The notes under the pieces are model-generated. The model worked only from the letters and a program-made list of their open reading frames with translations. It had not been told where the DNA came from and searched no databases. The position numbers and the translations under genes were made by a program. Below are positions 63,883-64,000 of a stretch of DNA of 64,000 bases, one piece after another (position 1 is the stretch's first letter; the number at the start of each line of letters is the position of its first letter). The DNA comes from Camelus dromedarius. Lineage: Eukaryota. Location of the stretch: the NCBI RefSeq assembly GCF_036321535.1, contig NC_087437.1, forward strand, positions 81,408,001 to 81,472,000. The letters are read 5' to 3'.

Positions 63883-64000
63883 GCAGGCGCATGCACCACA
63901 GAACTTTACAGACACAAGTTTGTCCCGAATATCAGGTGCTCACTGCTTCCCACAATAATGGAAACCTCTTGCAATCACCATCTCTTTAGGTTGGAATCTG

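Noticed and set aside
63581..63892. ORF with an RE repeat
   Set aside because: Translation of the (CT)n microsatellite.

Overview
Mammalian genomic DNA, most likely camelid, judged from two Vic-1-like tRNA-derived SINEs and many cetartiodactyl/camelid-type L1 3' ends. Two protein-coding genes lie in tandem on the minus strand. The first is the 3' half of TMEM45A (three coding exons, stop at 46393-46395). About 11.9 kb downstream is the 5' part of ADGRG7/GPR128 (coding exons 1-7, ATG at 34508, continuing past position 1). All ten exons have GT-AG boundaries and join in frame with no stops. ADGRG7 intron 1 (about 21 kb) holds a disabled ATP6V1D retrocopy with a 23-bp TSD, old L1 elements and two nested pairs of solo LTRs. 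The rest is interspersed repeats and microsatellites, and nearly all listed ORFs are spurious. I found no evidence of a new multi-gene system. The noteworthy signals are fine-scale: an L1 inserted into a splice acceptor region, an internally deleted L1 with an intact TSD and a fold-back hairpin, candidate intestinal enhancers and CTCF sites, and a TMEM45A 3' end without a nearby canonical poly(A) signal. Gene and repeat names come from recalled sequences, not database searches. Repeat boundaries without a TSD are approximate.
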